Positions 48,691-58,039 of a stretch of 64,000 bases of DNA are shown here, in pieces. Positions within the stretch are counted from its first letter, which is position 1, and every line of letters starts with the position of its first letter. The stretch is from Candidatus Thermosaccharophagus tengchongensis (GTDB lineage: Bacteria > Armatimonadota > Fervidibacteria > Fervidibacterales > Thermosaccharophagaceae). The notes under the pieces were generated by a model. That model searched no databases, was not told where the DNA came from, and saw nothing but the letters and a program-made list of their open reading frames with translations. The position numbers and the translations under genes are program-made. The DNA lies in the NCBI GenBank assembly GCA_032161105.1, contig JAVHTD010000010.1; one strand, given 5' to 3'.

Positions 48691-49815
48691 TCAGAGGCGG
48701 AGCTTGAAAATCACGAATTCAAGGAAGCGTGTGGCATACAGGAGAACATACGCCCCTATGACGATAGCAACGAACACCTGAGCTATCGGAGTCATCAAGC
48801 CAGCTGGGTCAAACGGGATCTTTGTCGGTTCGTAAGCAATCTGCCTCCATAAGTTACTCGCTATGTGGACGAATGCCTCGTATGCCTTCAAGTATGGCTG
48901 CCATAGGAAGTAAAAGGCAACTGGTATAGCGAGCATGATCAGCGGGCTAAAGAATTGATGCTTGAGCTGCTGGTGATACATGAAAATGGTGCACCTGTCG
49001 CAAGGTGCCTTTTTCTTGACCCTCTTCCATCTCCTTTTGATGAGCTCCTCCCTTCTTTCCGGTTCAAGTTCTGAGAGTGAGACAATCGTTTGCGTCCCTT
49101 CGGAAGACTCAACTGCCAACCCGCCAAGAAGGGCTTCAATAAGCATCGGGTCACATTGACAACCCTGCCCCAACCTCCAGCATGAGCGCCTTCTTTGAAA
49201 CACGGGGCATATGCGTTTCATGCTCTCGGAGCAAAATGGCAATTTCCAACACGGGCTGAATGCCCAAGGGCGTGCGCGCACAATTTTCTCTTTGGGCTTA
49301 ACAACGAGCTTGCCGCCGCGCTCCCTCCTCACCTCAACTGGCGGCTTGCGCAGCAGATGATAGACGAGGGAGACAATGCTACGCAACAACCCACCACCCA
49401 AAAGCACTATAGATAGCGAGCAGAAGGCGTTAACTATGACATCAGTGGCTTCGTTTGTGCCAGCGCCGCCAAGCAACATCTGGATCAAAAGTGGCATACC
49501 GACATACGCTGCGACACCGGCAATCAAGTAACAAGGTCCAAGTTGGGCGACTTCCCAATAGCGAATCAATGCTGCCGACAGGCTGATGCTGGCGCTCAGT
49601 AGGAATATGAAACTCACCCTGCCGGTCACTGCAACTATCCTTGCCATCTCCGGTGTCCCCGGGCGAGGGCGAGTTACAGCGCCACTGAGGATGCCATAAA
49701 ACAGGTAAAGCAAAGCGAGCACAGCTATCACTGCACAGGTTAGAAAGAGCCAGTTCAATATTGTTCCTATGACTTCCTCAAGTGCCTCTCGGCGTGATGG
49801 ACGCCACTTTGACAT
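48691..49815 (-). CDS. Hypothetical polytopic membrane protein with Cys-rich (two-CW-like) internal domain
   Basis: Four N-terminal and two C-terminal TMs flanking PCWKLPFC…CPVF…SCWRLGQGCQC…PCDRC; ATG overlaps pilT stop (TAATG). Confidence 0.78.
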   Translation of the reverse strand: MSKWRPSRREALEEVIGTILNWLFLTCAVIAVLALLYLFYGILSGAVTRPRPGTPEMARIVAVTGRVSFIFLLSASISLSAALIRYWEVAQLGPCYLIAGVAAYVGMPLLIQMLLGGAGTNEATDVIVNAFCSLSIVLLGGGLLRSIVSLVYHLLRKPPVEVRRERGGKLVVKPKEKIVRARPWAFSPCWKLPFCSESMKRICPVFQRRRSCWRLGQGCQCDPMLIEALLGGLAVESSEGTQTIVSLSELEPERREELIKRRWKRVKKKAPCDRCTIFMYHQQLKHQFFSPLIMLAIPVAFYFLWQPYLKAYEAFVHIASNLWRQIAYEPTKIPFDPAGLMTPIAQVFVAIVIGAYVLLYATRFLEFVIFKLRL

Positions 49816-50912
49816 TATTCACCGCCTGCCGATGGATTGCTTGCCACTGCCACTTCCTTTCCGGCGAGCAGCTCTTCAAGTTGATCCGGGTCATTGGCAT
49901 GTGCCATTGCTTCTTCCTTTGTCACGATGCCCTTCATGACGAGGTCCGCTAAATACCTCTCAAGTGTCGTCATGCCCTGCTTCATGCCTGTTTGAAGGAT
50001 GGAGAAAAGTTGCGGTGTCTTTCCATCCCGTATAAGCGCCCTAACTGCTGGTGTTCCAACAAGTATCTCAAATGCGGCAACCATTCCCTTTCCATCCGCT
50101 CGCTTCAACAGCCTTTGGGCAATTATTCCGACAAGGTTCATTGAGAGCTGCACCCGTATTTGCTGCTGCTGGTGTGTCGGGAAAACATCAATGATTCGGT
50201 CAATCGTCCCTATGGCATCCGTCGTGTGCAAGGTTGAGATGACTAAGTGACCAGTCTCCGCAGCTGTTATCGCAAGCGCTATCGTCTCAAGGTCTCTCAT
50301 CTCGCCAACAAGTATTACATCCGGGTCCTCACGGAGTGCCGCTCTGAGCGCGTTTGCGAAGCTATGTGTGTCCTGATAGAGCTCCCTCTGGTTTATTATC
50401 GCCTGCTTGTCCTCAAACACAAACTCAATCGGGTCCTCAACCGTTATTATGTGGCATGGGAAGCGCTCATTGATGTAGTTGATCATCGCCGCTTGCGTCG
50501 TTGTCTTCCCAGAGCCGGCAGGTCCTGTCACAACAATGAAACCTCTTGGGCGTTCACAAAACTCCTTCACGACCGGTGGCAAGCCGAGTTCATCAATTGT
50601 CGGCACCTTCAGCGGTATGATCCTGAAGGCAGCGCCTATGCGACCACGCTGGTAGTAGCAATTGACTCTGAAGCGAGCCACCCCGGGTATGACATACGCA
50701 GTGTCAAGCTCCTTTGTTCGCTCAAACTTCTCCCGTTCCTCATCCTTGAGCGCCGAATAAATAAGCCTCTTAGCCTCCTCCTCAGAAAGCGGCGGAGTGT
50801 TTGCGCGGTATAGCTCGCCGAAGATGCGAAATATCGGCGGACAACCGGACTTTATGTGCACATCGGACGCCTTCTTTTGCATCCCAAACTTTAACAGCTC
50901 ATCAAGTTCCAT
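49815..50912 (-). CDS. pilT: Type IV pilus retraction ATPase PilT
   Basis: GPAGSGKTTT, TVEDPIE, REDPDVILVGEMRD, TGHLVISTLH, AVRALIRD. Confidence 0.93.
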   Translation of the reverse strand: MELDELLKFGMQKKASDVHIKSGCPPIFRIFGELYRANTPPLSEEEAKRLIYSALKDEEREKFERTKELDTAYVIPGVARFRVNCYYQRGRIGAAFRIIPLKVPTIDELGLPPVVKEFCERPRGFIVVTGPAGSGKTTTQAAMINYINERFPCHIITVEDPIEFVFEDKQAIINQRELYQDTHSFANALRAALREDPDVILVGEMRDLETIALAITAAETGHLVISTLHTTDAIGTIDRIIDVFPTHQQQQIRVQLSMNLVGIIAQRLLKRADGKGMVAAFEILVGTPAVRALIRDGKTPQLFSILQTGMKQGMTTLERYLADLVMKGIVTKEEAMAHANDPDQLEELLAGKEVAVASNPSAGGE

Positions 50913-50976
50913 AGTAAACTCACCTCGCAAGCCGATTGAAACTCGCAAATTGAAATTGCCCTCATACCTTCGCCCA

Positions 50977-52107
50977 TCATGCTTGGGTCAATTGTCTTGA
51001 TAATTCCTCAAAGCGCTTTCTCTCCTCCTTCGGAACGAACTCAGCAGCGAGCGCCCTAAACTCAGCGGGATTGCTGCACTTGAGCAACGCATCTTCATAG
51101 CTTATGATGCCATCGCGAAGGAGCTGCAAAAGGTGGCTGTCAAGTGTTTGAGAGCCCAACTCCGCATCGGTCTGTATGTGGCTGTAAAGGTGTTGTGCTC
51201 TCCCTTGCCGTATGAGTGAGCGTATTGCTGGAGTCACTACCATGATCTCAAAAGCGGCTATCCTACCCGGACGGTCAATTCGCGGCACGAGCGTTTGCGA
51301 TATCACAGCTTGAAGGCAGAGTGAGAGCTGCACTCTTATCTGCGCTTGCCTATCAGCTTCAAATGCATCCACAATCCTATCAACAGTTTGCGCCGCATCA
51401 ATCGTGTGCACCGTTGAAAAGACCAAGTGACCAGTCTCGGCTGCTGTTATCGCCCTCGCCATCGTCTCAAGGTCTCGCATCTCACCGACGAGAATGACAT
51501 CCGGGTTCTGGCGGAGTATGTGCCTTAAGGCTGAGGCAAATGATTCCGTATCAACTCCAACTTCTCGCTGCGTTATCGTTGAGAGTTTGTCCTCGTGCCA
51601 ATATTCAATTGGGTCTTCAATTGTGATGATGTGTGCGCGCTTGTTCTCGTTGATGTAGTCAATCATTGCTGCAAGTGTCGTTGTCTTACCGGAACCAGTC
51701 GGTCCAGTGACAAGCACAAGCCCCCTCGGCAGCAATGAGAGCTTCTTCAAAACTTGCGGCAAGCCAAGCTCATCAATTGTGCGTATTTTTGAGGGAAGTG
51801 TCCGAAACGCACCACCAACATAGCCCTTCTGCTTGTAAATGTTCACCCTGAACCTTGACACACCCGGAAGCTCATAAGCCAAGTCAAGCTCCCACTGCTC
51901 CTCAAAGCGCTTTATTTGCTCAGGTGTGAGGATTGAGTAGATTAACTCCTTTGCGACTTCGGGCGTCAGTGGCGGATGCTCAGAGCGGGTCAACTTGCCA
52001 TAAATGCGAAACACAGGTGGTTCTCCAACCCTCATGTGCAAGTCAGAGCCATCACGCTCAACCACTTCCCTGAGCAAGTCATGCATGTCAACTGGATATG
52101 ATGCCAT
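50977..52107 (-). CDS. pilT: Type IV pilus retraction ATPase PilT paralog
   Basis: GPTGSGKTTT, TIEDPIE, RQNPDVILVGEMRD, TGHLVFSTVH, AIRSLIRQ. Confidence 0.93.
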   Translation of the reverse strand: MASYPVDMHDLLREVVERDGSDLHMRVGEPPVFRIYGKLTRSEHPPLTPEVAKELIYSILTPEQIKRFEEQWELDLAYELPGVSRFRVNIYKQKGYVGGAFRTLPSKIRTIDELGLPQVLKKLSLLPRGLVLVTGPTGSGKTTTLAAMIDYINENKRAHIITIEDPIEYWHEDKLSTITQREVGVDTESFASALRHILRQNPDVILVGEMRDLETMARAITAAETGHLVFSTVHTIDAAQTVDRIVDAFEADRQAQIRVQLSLCLQAVISQTLVPRIDRPGRIAAFEIMVVTPAIRSLIRQGRAQHLYSHIQTDAELGSQTLDSHLLQLLRDGIISYEDALLKCSNPAEFRALAAEFVPKEERKRFEELSRQLTQA

Positions 52108-52233
52108 CAACATCACCTCACCATTCCACAAGCAACTTTCGTCATAGCACTCCCTATGATGTCCCCATTCGCAATCTGCTAAGCCGCTGCTTTACATGCA
52201 CCGCTATCTATCTGCAGGAGCCTTGTGGGACAT

Positions 52234-53412
52234 TTATCCCTGTGAACCCTCCTGACCAAGCCTCTGCTGGCGAAGCAATGCAGCCCTTTTTCTTCTCTCC
52301 TGCTCCTCAAGCATCTGGCGCTCTTCCTCTTGAAGCCTGTGGAGTATGTGGCGCATCTCGCTCGGGTTGGTTGAATAGCGCAGGGCATCCTCTGGGGTGA
52401 TTAGCTTCTCCCTAACCATCTCAGCAAGGGCTTGATTCATTGTTTGCATGCCCCAATAACCGCCTTCCTGCTTATCTTTGGCGATGAGCTGGTAGATTGT
52501 TCCGGAGCGCCCTTCTTCAATCTCCTTTGCGATTGTCGGAGTCACAATCATTATCTCAACTGCGGCTCTTCTCCCTGAGCCATCAGCGAGCGGAATGAGC
52601 TTCTGCGAGATAACAGCGAGAAGTGATTTTGACAGGCGAACGCAAACCATTGGGCGCTCATGAGGCGGAAACATGTTTATGATTCTTTCAAGCGTCTCAC
52701 TCGCACTCGGCGTGTGCACAGTTGAGAAAACCAAGTGCCCAGTTTCGGCTGCCGTCAGCGCTGCATGGAATGTTTCAATGTCCCTCATCTCACCGACAAG
52801 TATCACATCGGGACTTTCTCGGAGCACATACTTAAGTGCATCAAGAAACGAAGCGGTGTCAGTGCCAACTTCCCTCTGGCTGATGATTGAGAGCTTGTCC
52901 TCGTAGACATACTCAATCGGGTCTTCAATTGTGACGATGTGGGCACGCCTCGTTTGATTGATCAGGTCAATCATTGCAGCGAGCGTCGTTGATTTGCCGC
53001 ATCCGGTTGGACCTGTAACCAAGATCAAACCCTGAGAGAACATCGGGTCGGTGCAAAGGCGCTTGAGAACGGGAGGCAACTTCAACTCCTCAATCGTCCT
53101 TATGCGCAGCGGGATTACGCGAAAGACCATACCGAGTGTCCCGCGCTGCTGGTAGACATTGATTCTAAAGCGGCAAAGCCCCGGGAAGGTGAATCCGAAG
53201 TCAAGCTCGTGTCTCTTCTCAAAGCTGATGAGTTGATCCTCAGTCATTATGCAAAGCGCTATTTGCTTGAGGTCATCCACAGTCAACGGTGGATGGTTGA
53301 GGCGATAAACCTTCCCGTGAATGCGCAACGCCGGTGGCGAACCAACCTTCAGGAAAATATCCGATGCCTCTTTTTCAACTGCATAGCGCATTAACCGTTC
53401 AAGGTCTATCAT
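52234..53412 (-). CDS. PilT/PilU family ATPase (PilU-like, lacks AIRNLIRE motif)
   Basis: GPTGCGKSTT, TIEDPIE, RESPDVILVGEMRD; TIAKEIEE at the AIRNLIRE position. Confidence 0.9.
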   Translation of the reverse strand: MIDLERLMRYAVEKEASDIFLKVGSPPALRIHGKVYRLNHPPLTVDDLKQIALCIMTEDQLISFEKRHELDFGFTFPGLCRFRINVYQQRGTLGMVFRVIPLRIRTIEELKLPPVLKRLCTDPMFSQGLILVTGPTGCGKSTTLAAMIDLINQTRRAHIVTIEDPIEYVYEDKLSIISQREVGTDTASFLDALKYVLRESPDVILVGEMRDIETFHAALTAAETGHLVFSTVHTPSASETLERIINMFPPHERPMVCVRLSKSLLAVISQKLIPLADGSGRRAAVEIMIVTPTIAKEIEEGRSGTIYQLIAKDKQEGGYWGMQTMNQALAEMVREKLITPEDALRYSTNPSEMRHILHRLQEEERQMLEEQERRKRAALLRQQRLGQEGSQG

Positions 53413-53617
53413 AGCTCCATCCCTCACACCGACGAGCTTATCGGTCTCACGATTTTAATATGCCGACCGATTCGCCCTCTCGTCAACACGCCTTGAGAAA
53501 CCTTTCCCATGTCACCCTCGCAGCCAGTGAGATGCTTTGAGCAGATGAGCTATAATTGCGTTTGCCGTCAGAATGATGAACCATCTTTCGTGCGGCTTTT
53601 GGAGGTGTCCTTTAGCG

Positions 53618-54046
53618 ATGCGGAGGAAGAAAAAAGCCGGCAAGAGAAGGACACAGCCAGAGGGCAAACCTGAAAGGGCGCAACGAAGGAAACGAACAGC
53701 GAGGAGGAAATCACTTGAGGAACAGGTGACGGAGGATATTGCTGCATTCGGCATTGATGAATGGACAGAGGAGGAAGCCGATCTTTACAGCGAGACAGAG
53801 CCACTCCCTGAAATCATGACGGTTGGAGATGTGCGCGAGCTGATAGAGAGTGGGCGTTACGACATCCTCAATCCATATGAGGAGGTTGGCGAATGCTCGC
53901 TTTGTGGCAGACCGGTGAGATACATTGATTTAGCCCACTCAGAATATCTGGATGACACGCCAATTGATGAGGCTACAGATGTGCTGTGCAGAATCTGCCG
54001 CGGGGAGGTCTCAGATTGGGAAGAATACCTTGAGGAGGATTACTGA
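53618..54046 (+). CDS. Hypothetical protein, basic N-terminus, acidic C-terminus with CxxC…CxxC
   Basis: GGAGG RBS; CSLC and CRIC; ends 6 nt before next gene. Confidence 0.7.
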   Translation: MRRKKKAGKRRTQPEGKPERAQRRKRTARRKSLEEQVTEDIAAFGIDEWTEEEADLYSETEPLPEIMTVGDVRELIESGRYDILNPYEEVGECSLCGRPVRYIDLAHSEYLDDTPIDEATDVLCRICRGEVSDWEEYLEEDY

Positions 54047-54052
54047 GCACAT

Positions 54053-55210
54053 ATGAGCGAAGTTATAAGCACGCTGTGCGAGTTGATTGAGATACCAAGT
54101 GTCAACCCCACACTCGCATCCCCGAGTGATCCACCAAACGGTGAGAGGCATCTCGCAGAGCACATTGCCGAATTGCTTAAGTGCATCGGAGCAAGCGTCA
54201 TTCGGCAGCAGGTCTCAGATGGCAGGGATAACATCATTGCCATTCTCGGCAGCGGAAACATTGATGTCATGCTCTGCGCCCACATGGACACAGTTAGCGG
54301 GAATGGCATGCGTTACCAACCATTCAAGCCGACATTGGTTGGGGGAAAAATTTACGGGCGCGGTGCATGTGACACTAAGGCGAGCATAGCTGCAATGCTT
54401 GTGGCACTCCGAAATGCCGCAAGGAGCGGCAGGCATGTAACAATCATGTTTGCGGCAACCGTTGATGAAGAATGTGGGGCATCAGGCGCAAAGGCGCTTT
54501 GCAAGTGGCTTGCGGAGCAGTTCGGACGAGACATGCTGCCGAAGATTTGCATTGTCGGCGAGCCAACGGATCTCAAAATTGCAGTGGCTCATAAGGGCTT
54601 TGTCAGGGGAACAATACGCACAACCGGCGTGAGCGCTCACAGCAGTATGCCCCACCTCGGAGTAAATGCCATCTGCAGGATGGCAAAGGTGATACCGTTA
54701 CTTGAACTTTACGCTGACGAGGTCCTTTCAAAGCTCAACCATCCGTTGCTCGGGACGCCCACAATTAACATCGGGATGATACGCGGCGGTCTTGCACCAA
54801 ATGTCGTTCCAGATCGGTGCGAGGTTGTCATTGACCTGAGGATACTGCCGTCGCAGGAGCCGATAGAGGCATGGCACAACTTGAGGGAGTTCATTCACTC
54901 ATCTCTGGCAATTGACTTTTACACCGAGTTTGACCAGCCTGAGTTGATTGACACCGGAATGGAGACATCACCGGATGAGCCAGCTGTCAAGCGGCTGATT
55001 GAGGCGACCCGCTCAGCACTGGGCAGCGTGGAAGTCATCGGAGTGCCATACAGCACCGACGCGAGCAAATTTGCCTCAATAGGCATACCGAGCGTCGTTT
55101 TTGGTCCGGGGAGAATTGAACAGGCACACTCAGCGGATGAGTTCGTTGAAGTTGAGCAGGTTGAAAAGTATGCGATCGCGCTTGAGCGATTCCTCCTGCA
55201 TTTGCAATGA
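54053..55210 (+). CDS. M20 family metallopeptidase (ArgE/DapE-like)
   Basis: AHMDTV, GRGACDTK, VDEE, VGEPT, AHSADE. Confidence 0.9.
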   Translation: MSEVISTLCELIEIPSVNPTLASPSDPPNGERHLAEHIAELLKCIGASVIRQQVSDGRDNIIAILGSGNIDVMLCAHMDTVSGNGMRYQPFKPTLVGGKIYGRGACDTKASIAAMLVALRNAARSGRHVTIMFAATVDEECGASGAKALCKWLAEQFGRDMLPKICIVGEPTDLKIAVAHKGFVRGTIRTTGVSAHSSMPHLGVNAICRMAKVIPLLELYADEVLSKLNHPLLGTPTINIGMIRGGLAPNVVPDRCEVVIDLRILPSQEPIEAWHNLREFIHSSLAIDFYTEFDQPELIDTGMETSPDEPAVKRLIEATRSALGSVEVIGVPYSTDASKFASIGIPSVVFGPGRIEQAHSADEFVEVEQVEKYAIALERFLLHLQ

Positions 55211-55283
55211 TGCGATTGCATCAACCTTCGCTTCAACTGCGCAGCCTTAGGGCAGCTTTAACTCGCCTTATTCGCTCAGGTGC

Positions 55284-56450
55284 TCATCGCTTACGATGAA
55301 GCAGCTTGCGCCGTTTATGTGAGAGGGCTTCACCGTAGAGGGAAATGGTATGCCTTGCTATCTCGTTCCATGCCTCCTCCCAACTTGGCACGGCTGAGAG
55401 AGCCGCTCGCTTCAGCTCCTCAAGCATTCCGCTGTAAAGCGATGCCAGCTTCTCTGCCATGCCATCACTGTCATCCGGCGAATCAACAAGCAGCAGTGCC
55501 CTGCCAAATCTCCTCTCAACCTCAGCCTCACCGCGCACAGTCACAACCGGCAAGCCATGTTGAACGCACACAATGAGCGTCCCACGGCGAGTTGATGCTC
55601 CATCCGGAAATGGCAATAGAGCTGCATCGCAAGCTTGCAAGAGGTGAGAGACTGTTTCATTCGGCTGTGCTCCCATCCAAAGAAGCTTCCCGTAGATGCC
55701 GAGCTCATGCGACAACCTGAGGATGAATCGGTGATATGGATTTTCATGCGGCTCAAACTCGCCAATGAGCATCATGCGGCTATTCGGCACGAGTTCAATG
55801 AGACGCCTGAACGCCATCAACGCAACCGAAGTCCCTTTGTGCGGATGAACGAATCCGAAGTAAGCAACGACAAACTCGCCCCTGTCAATCCCAAGCCTTT
55901 CCCTCAACCTCATCCTCTCGCTCTCGGAAAGCCAACTTGGGCGTATTGTCGGACCGGCTGTGCTCACCCTGACCTTTGAAGCCAGCGGCGGAAAGAAGCG
56001 CGCAATTGCATCGCGTTCGCCGCTTGATGGCACAAGCACACCGTTCATCGGCAACATGAGAATGATGTCGGCGAGCTTCCTCATGACATGAGCCATTTTA
56101 AACTCGTGTAGTGTGAGCACAACCGGATAACCAAGCACAACCAAAATGTATGGCAATAGGATTGGAGAGAGAGAATACCCATACGCCCTCGCTGGGTATA
56201 TGAAATGCACGACATCCGGCTCACACTTGCGAACGAGCGAAGCAATGCCCGCAAGATGACTCAATGACCAACTGCGCACCGAAACGAGTTCGTATGGCAG
56301 CGATTCGTGCCCGTGCGGGATGCACGATGGCGAAACAAGCAATGTTGCCCTTACACCGAGGCGGTGCAATGCCAATGCGAGCGGCGCAGTGTAATCGCCG
56401 ATGCCGCAAATCAGCGGCGGATGAGAGCCGGCGATGATGCAAGTCCGCAT
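55284..56450 (-). CDS. Glycosyltransferase family 4
   Basis: CGIGDYT, LTLHE, YFGFVHPHKG, LPFPDGASTRRGTL. Confidence 0.85.
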   Translation of the reverse strand: MRTCIIAGSHPPLICGIGDYTAPLALALHRLGVRATLLVSPSCIPHGHESLPYELVSVRSWSLSHLAGIASLVRKCEPDVVHFIYPARAYGYSLSPILLPYILVVLGYPVVLTLHEFKMAHVMRKLADIILMLPMNGVLVPSSGERDAIARFFPPLASKVRVSTAGPTIRPSWLSESERMRLRERLGIDRGEFVVAYFGFVHPHKGTSVALMAFRRLIELVPNSRMMLIGEFEPHENPYHRFILRLSHELGIYGKLLWMGAQPNETVSHLLQACDAALLPFPDGASTRRGTLIVCVQHGLPVVTVRGEAEVERRFGRALLLVDSPDDSDGMAEKLASLYSGMLEELKRAALSAVPSWEEAWNEIARHTISLYGEALSHKRRKLLHRKR

Positions 56451-56553
56451 TGCAGCGTTGCCAGCCAAAGAGCCACTCCATGGGGAAGTCACATCGTTCA
56501 TCGGCTCATGTTGAGAACCGAAGCCCACCAGACAATCACCGTTTGCAGCCCTC

Positions 56554-57555
56554 TTAAAACTCAACCACAAGCGGCTGATAGCGCATGAGCTTGAGGGCAT
56601 AAATGTAATCCTCTCGCTTCACCAAACCCGGGTGCTTCCCAAGCAGTGCCACAACAACGCCCTCCATCACATTTGCCCCAAATGTGCGCCCATCAAATTC
56701 GGGCGTTGTGGTCACAAGCATGCGAACACGCCTCTTGCGCAACTCACCAATATCATCTTTCGTGGTCGTATTCGTGAGGATGACTTTCCCGCTCAAGTCA
56801 CCCGGGATGTATCGCCTTATGAGGTGGAAGTCGCCGGCAATTATTTCAGCCCACGAGTAAAGGTTGGCAAACTTCGGCTCAATCCTCTCCTGAAGCTCAC
56901 CAGTCGGGTAAACGAGCTTCATCGGTAGGTTCGTTACGAACGGCACAAAGATGTTGCTCAGGATGAGATACAATAGCCAAGAGCGGACTGGCAAGTTCAC
57001 ACCGAGGCAAAACGCTAAATCGCCAAAGCGCAAGTCGCAACCGGCTTCGTATAGCGCCCTTGAGAGTGCAGCCCTGTCAACCGAACTCACAACGAGAGTC
57101 CTCCTGCCGAGGAAATCAACTATGCCATTTCGCTGCAGCCAATCAACCACGAGTGGCTCAACATGATTCTTCCAACCACTGCCATCAACGACTGGCGTCA
57201 ACTTCGGTATGCTCGCCAGCTTGAGAGCCTGCCTGAATGCATATCTCCTGTTGCCGCAATAGAGGTAAATGTCCATTCCGCCAAAGCAAATTACATCGGC
57301 ATCCCCGTCAACTTCCATGATGATCTTCACAAATTTGGCTATGTCGCCATCAGTCCCTATGCGCTCAATGTGAAATAGCTTTCCACCAATCTCAACTTCA
57401 ACAGCCTTATTCCGCAGCGATGTCCCGAGGCTCACACTCACAATGCGCTTTACATCGCTCGCACCTTTGGATTTGTGAGACAAGCCATTAGCACTCACCC
57501 TGACCACTTCTCTCTCCAACTTGCGTCTTCCACCGATAGCATTTGAAGCCCGCAT
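56554..57555 (-). CDS. Conserved uncharacterised protein (family often auto-annotated 'quinate 5-dehydrogenase')
   Basis: VSVSLG, IERIGTDGD, VVDGSG, YPTG, IAGDFH, ILTNTTT, GRTFGANVME; true start probably downstream of 57555. Confidence 0.7.
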   Translation of the reverse strand: MRASNAIGGRRKLEREVVRVSANGLSHKSKGASDVKRIVSVSLGTSLRNKAVEVEIGGKLFHIERIGTDGDIAKFVKIIMEVDGDADVICFGGMDIYLYCGNRRYAFRQALKLASIPKLTPVVDGSGWKNHVEPLVVDWLQRNGIVDFLGRRTLVVSSVDRAALSRALYEAGCDLRFGDLAFCLGVNLPVRSWLLYLILSNIFVPFVTNLPMKLVYPTGELQERIEPKFANLYSWAEIIAGDFHLIRRYIPGDLSGKVILTNTTTKDDIGELRKRRVRMLVTTTPEFDGRTFGANVMEGVVVALLGKHPGLVKREDYIYALKLMRYQPLVVEF

Positions 57556-57564
57556 GCTATCTCA

Positions 57565-57810
57565 TCATCGGCGCATCAGATTCAGAAGCCAAAGCAGAAG
57601 GCTCAACCCAAGGCTAAAGGCAATGCTCAGCAGGATACAAGTGGTCAACGGAAAGTAAAAAGTGAACCCGTCGCGGCGGTAAAGTATGTCTCCGGGCAAC
57701 GGGCGAATTGATATGCCAAGTTTGCTAAGCACCCATATGCCAAATCCGACCCCGAGGAGCAATGCGCCAAGTGCCGTGATCACTTTCGCAAGATGGCTGA
57801 GGTCGTTCAA
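57565..57810 (-). CDS. DUF2905 family small membrane protein
   Basis: LPGDI…FYFPLTTCILLS motif. Confidence 0.85.
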   Translation of the reverse strand: MNDLSHLAKVITALGALLLGVGFGIWVLSKLGISIRPLPGDILYRRDGFTFYFPLTTCILLSIAFSLGLSLLLWLLNLMRR

Positions 57811-58039
57811 ATGCCCTCACCCCTCTCGTTGAGGCTCAGGAGGGCAAAAGCCGCTTCAAACATTCAGATGCCTCAATATAGATGATGACGCAAATGCCAC
57901 AAAGGCAAGCCCCATGTGCTAAAGAAGTCCAAAGCGGGCGCGCAAAGCCAACTTGGGCTTACTTTTGAGCCCGCTGATGCGCTACAATGGAAGATGACGA
58001 AGGTTAACATGTAAACCATTTTTGAATGGGGTGAGTGTA

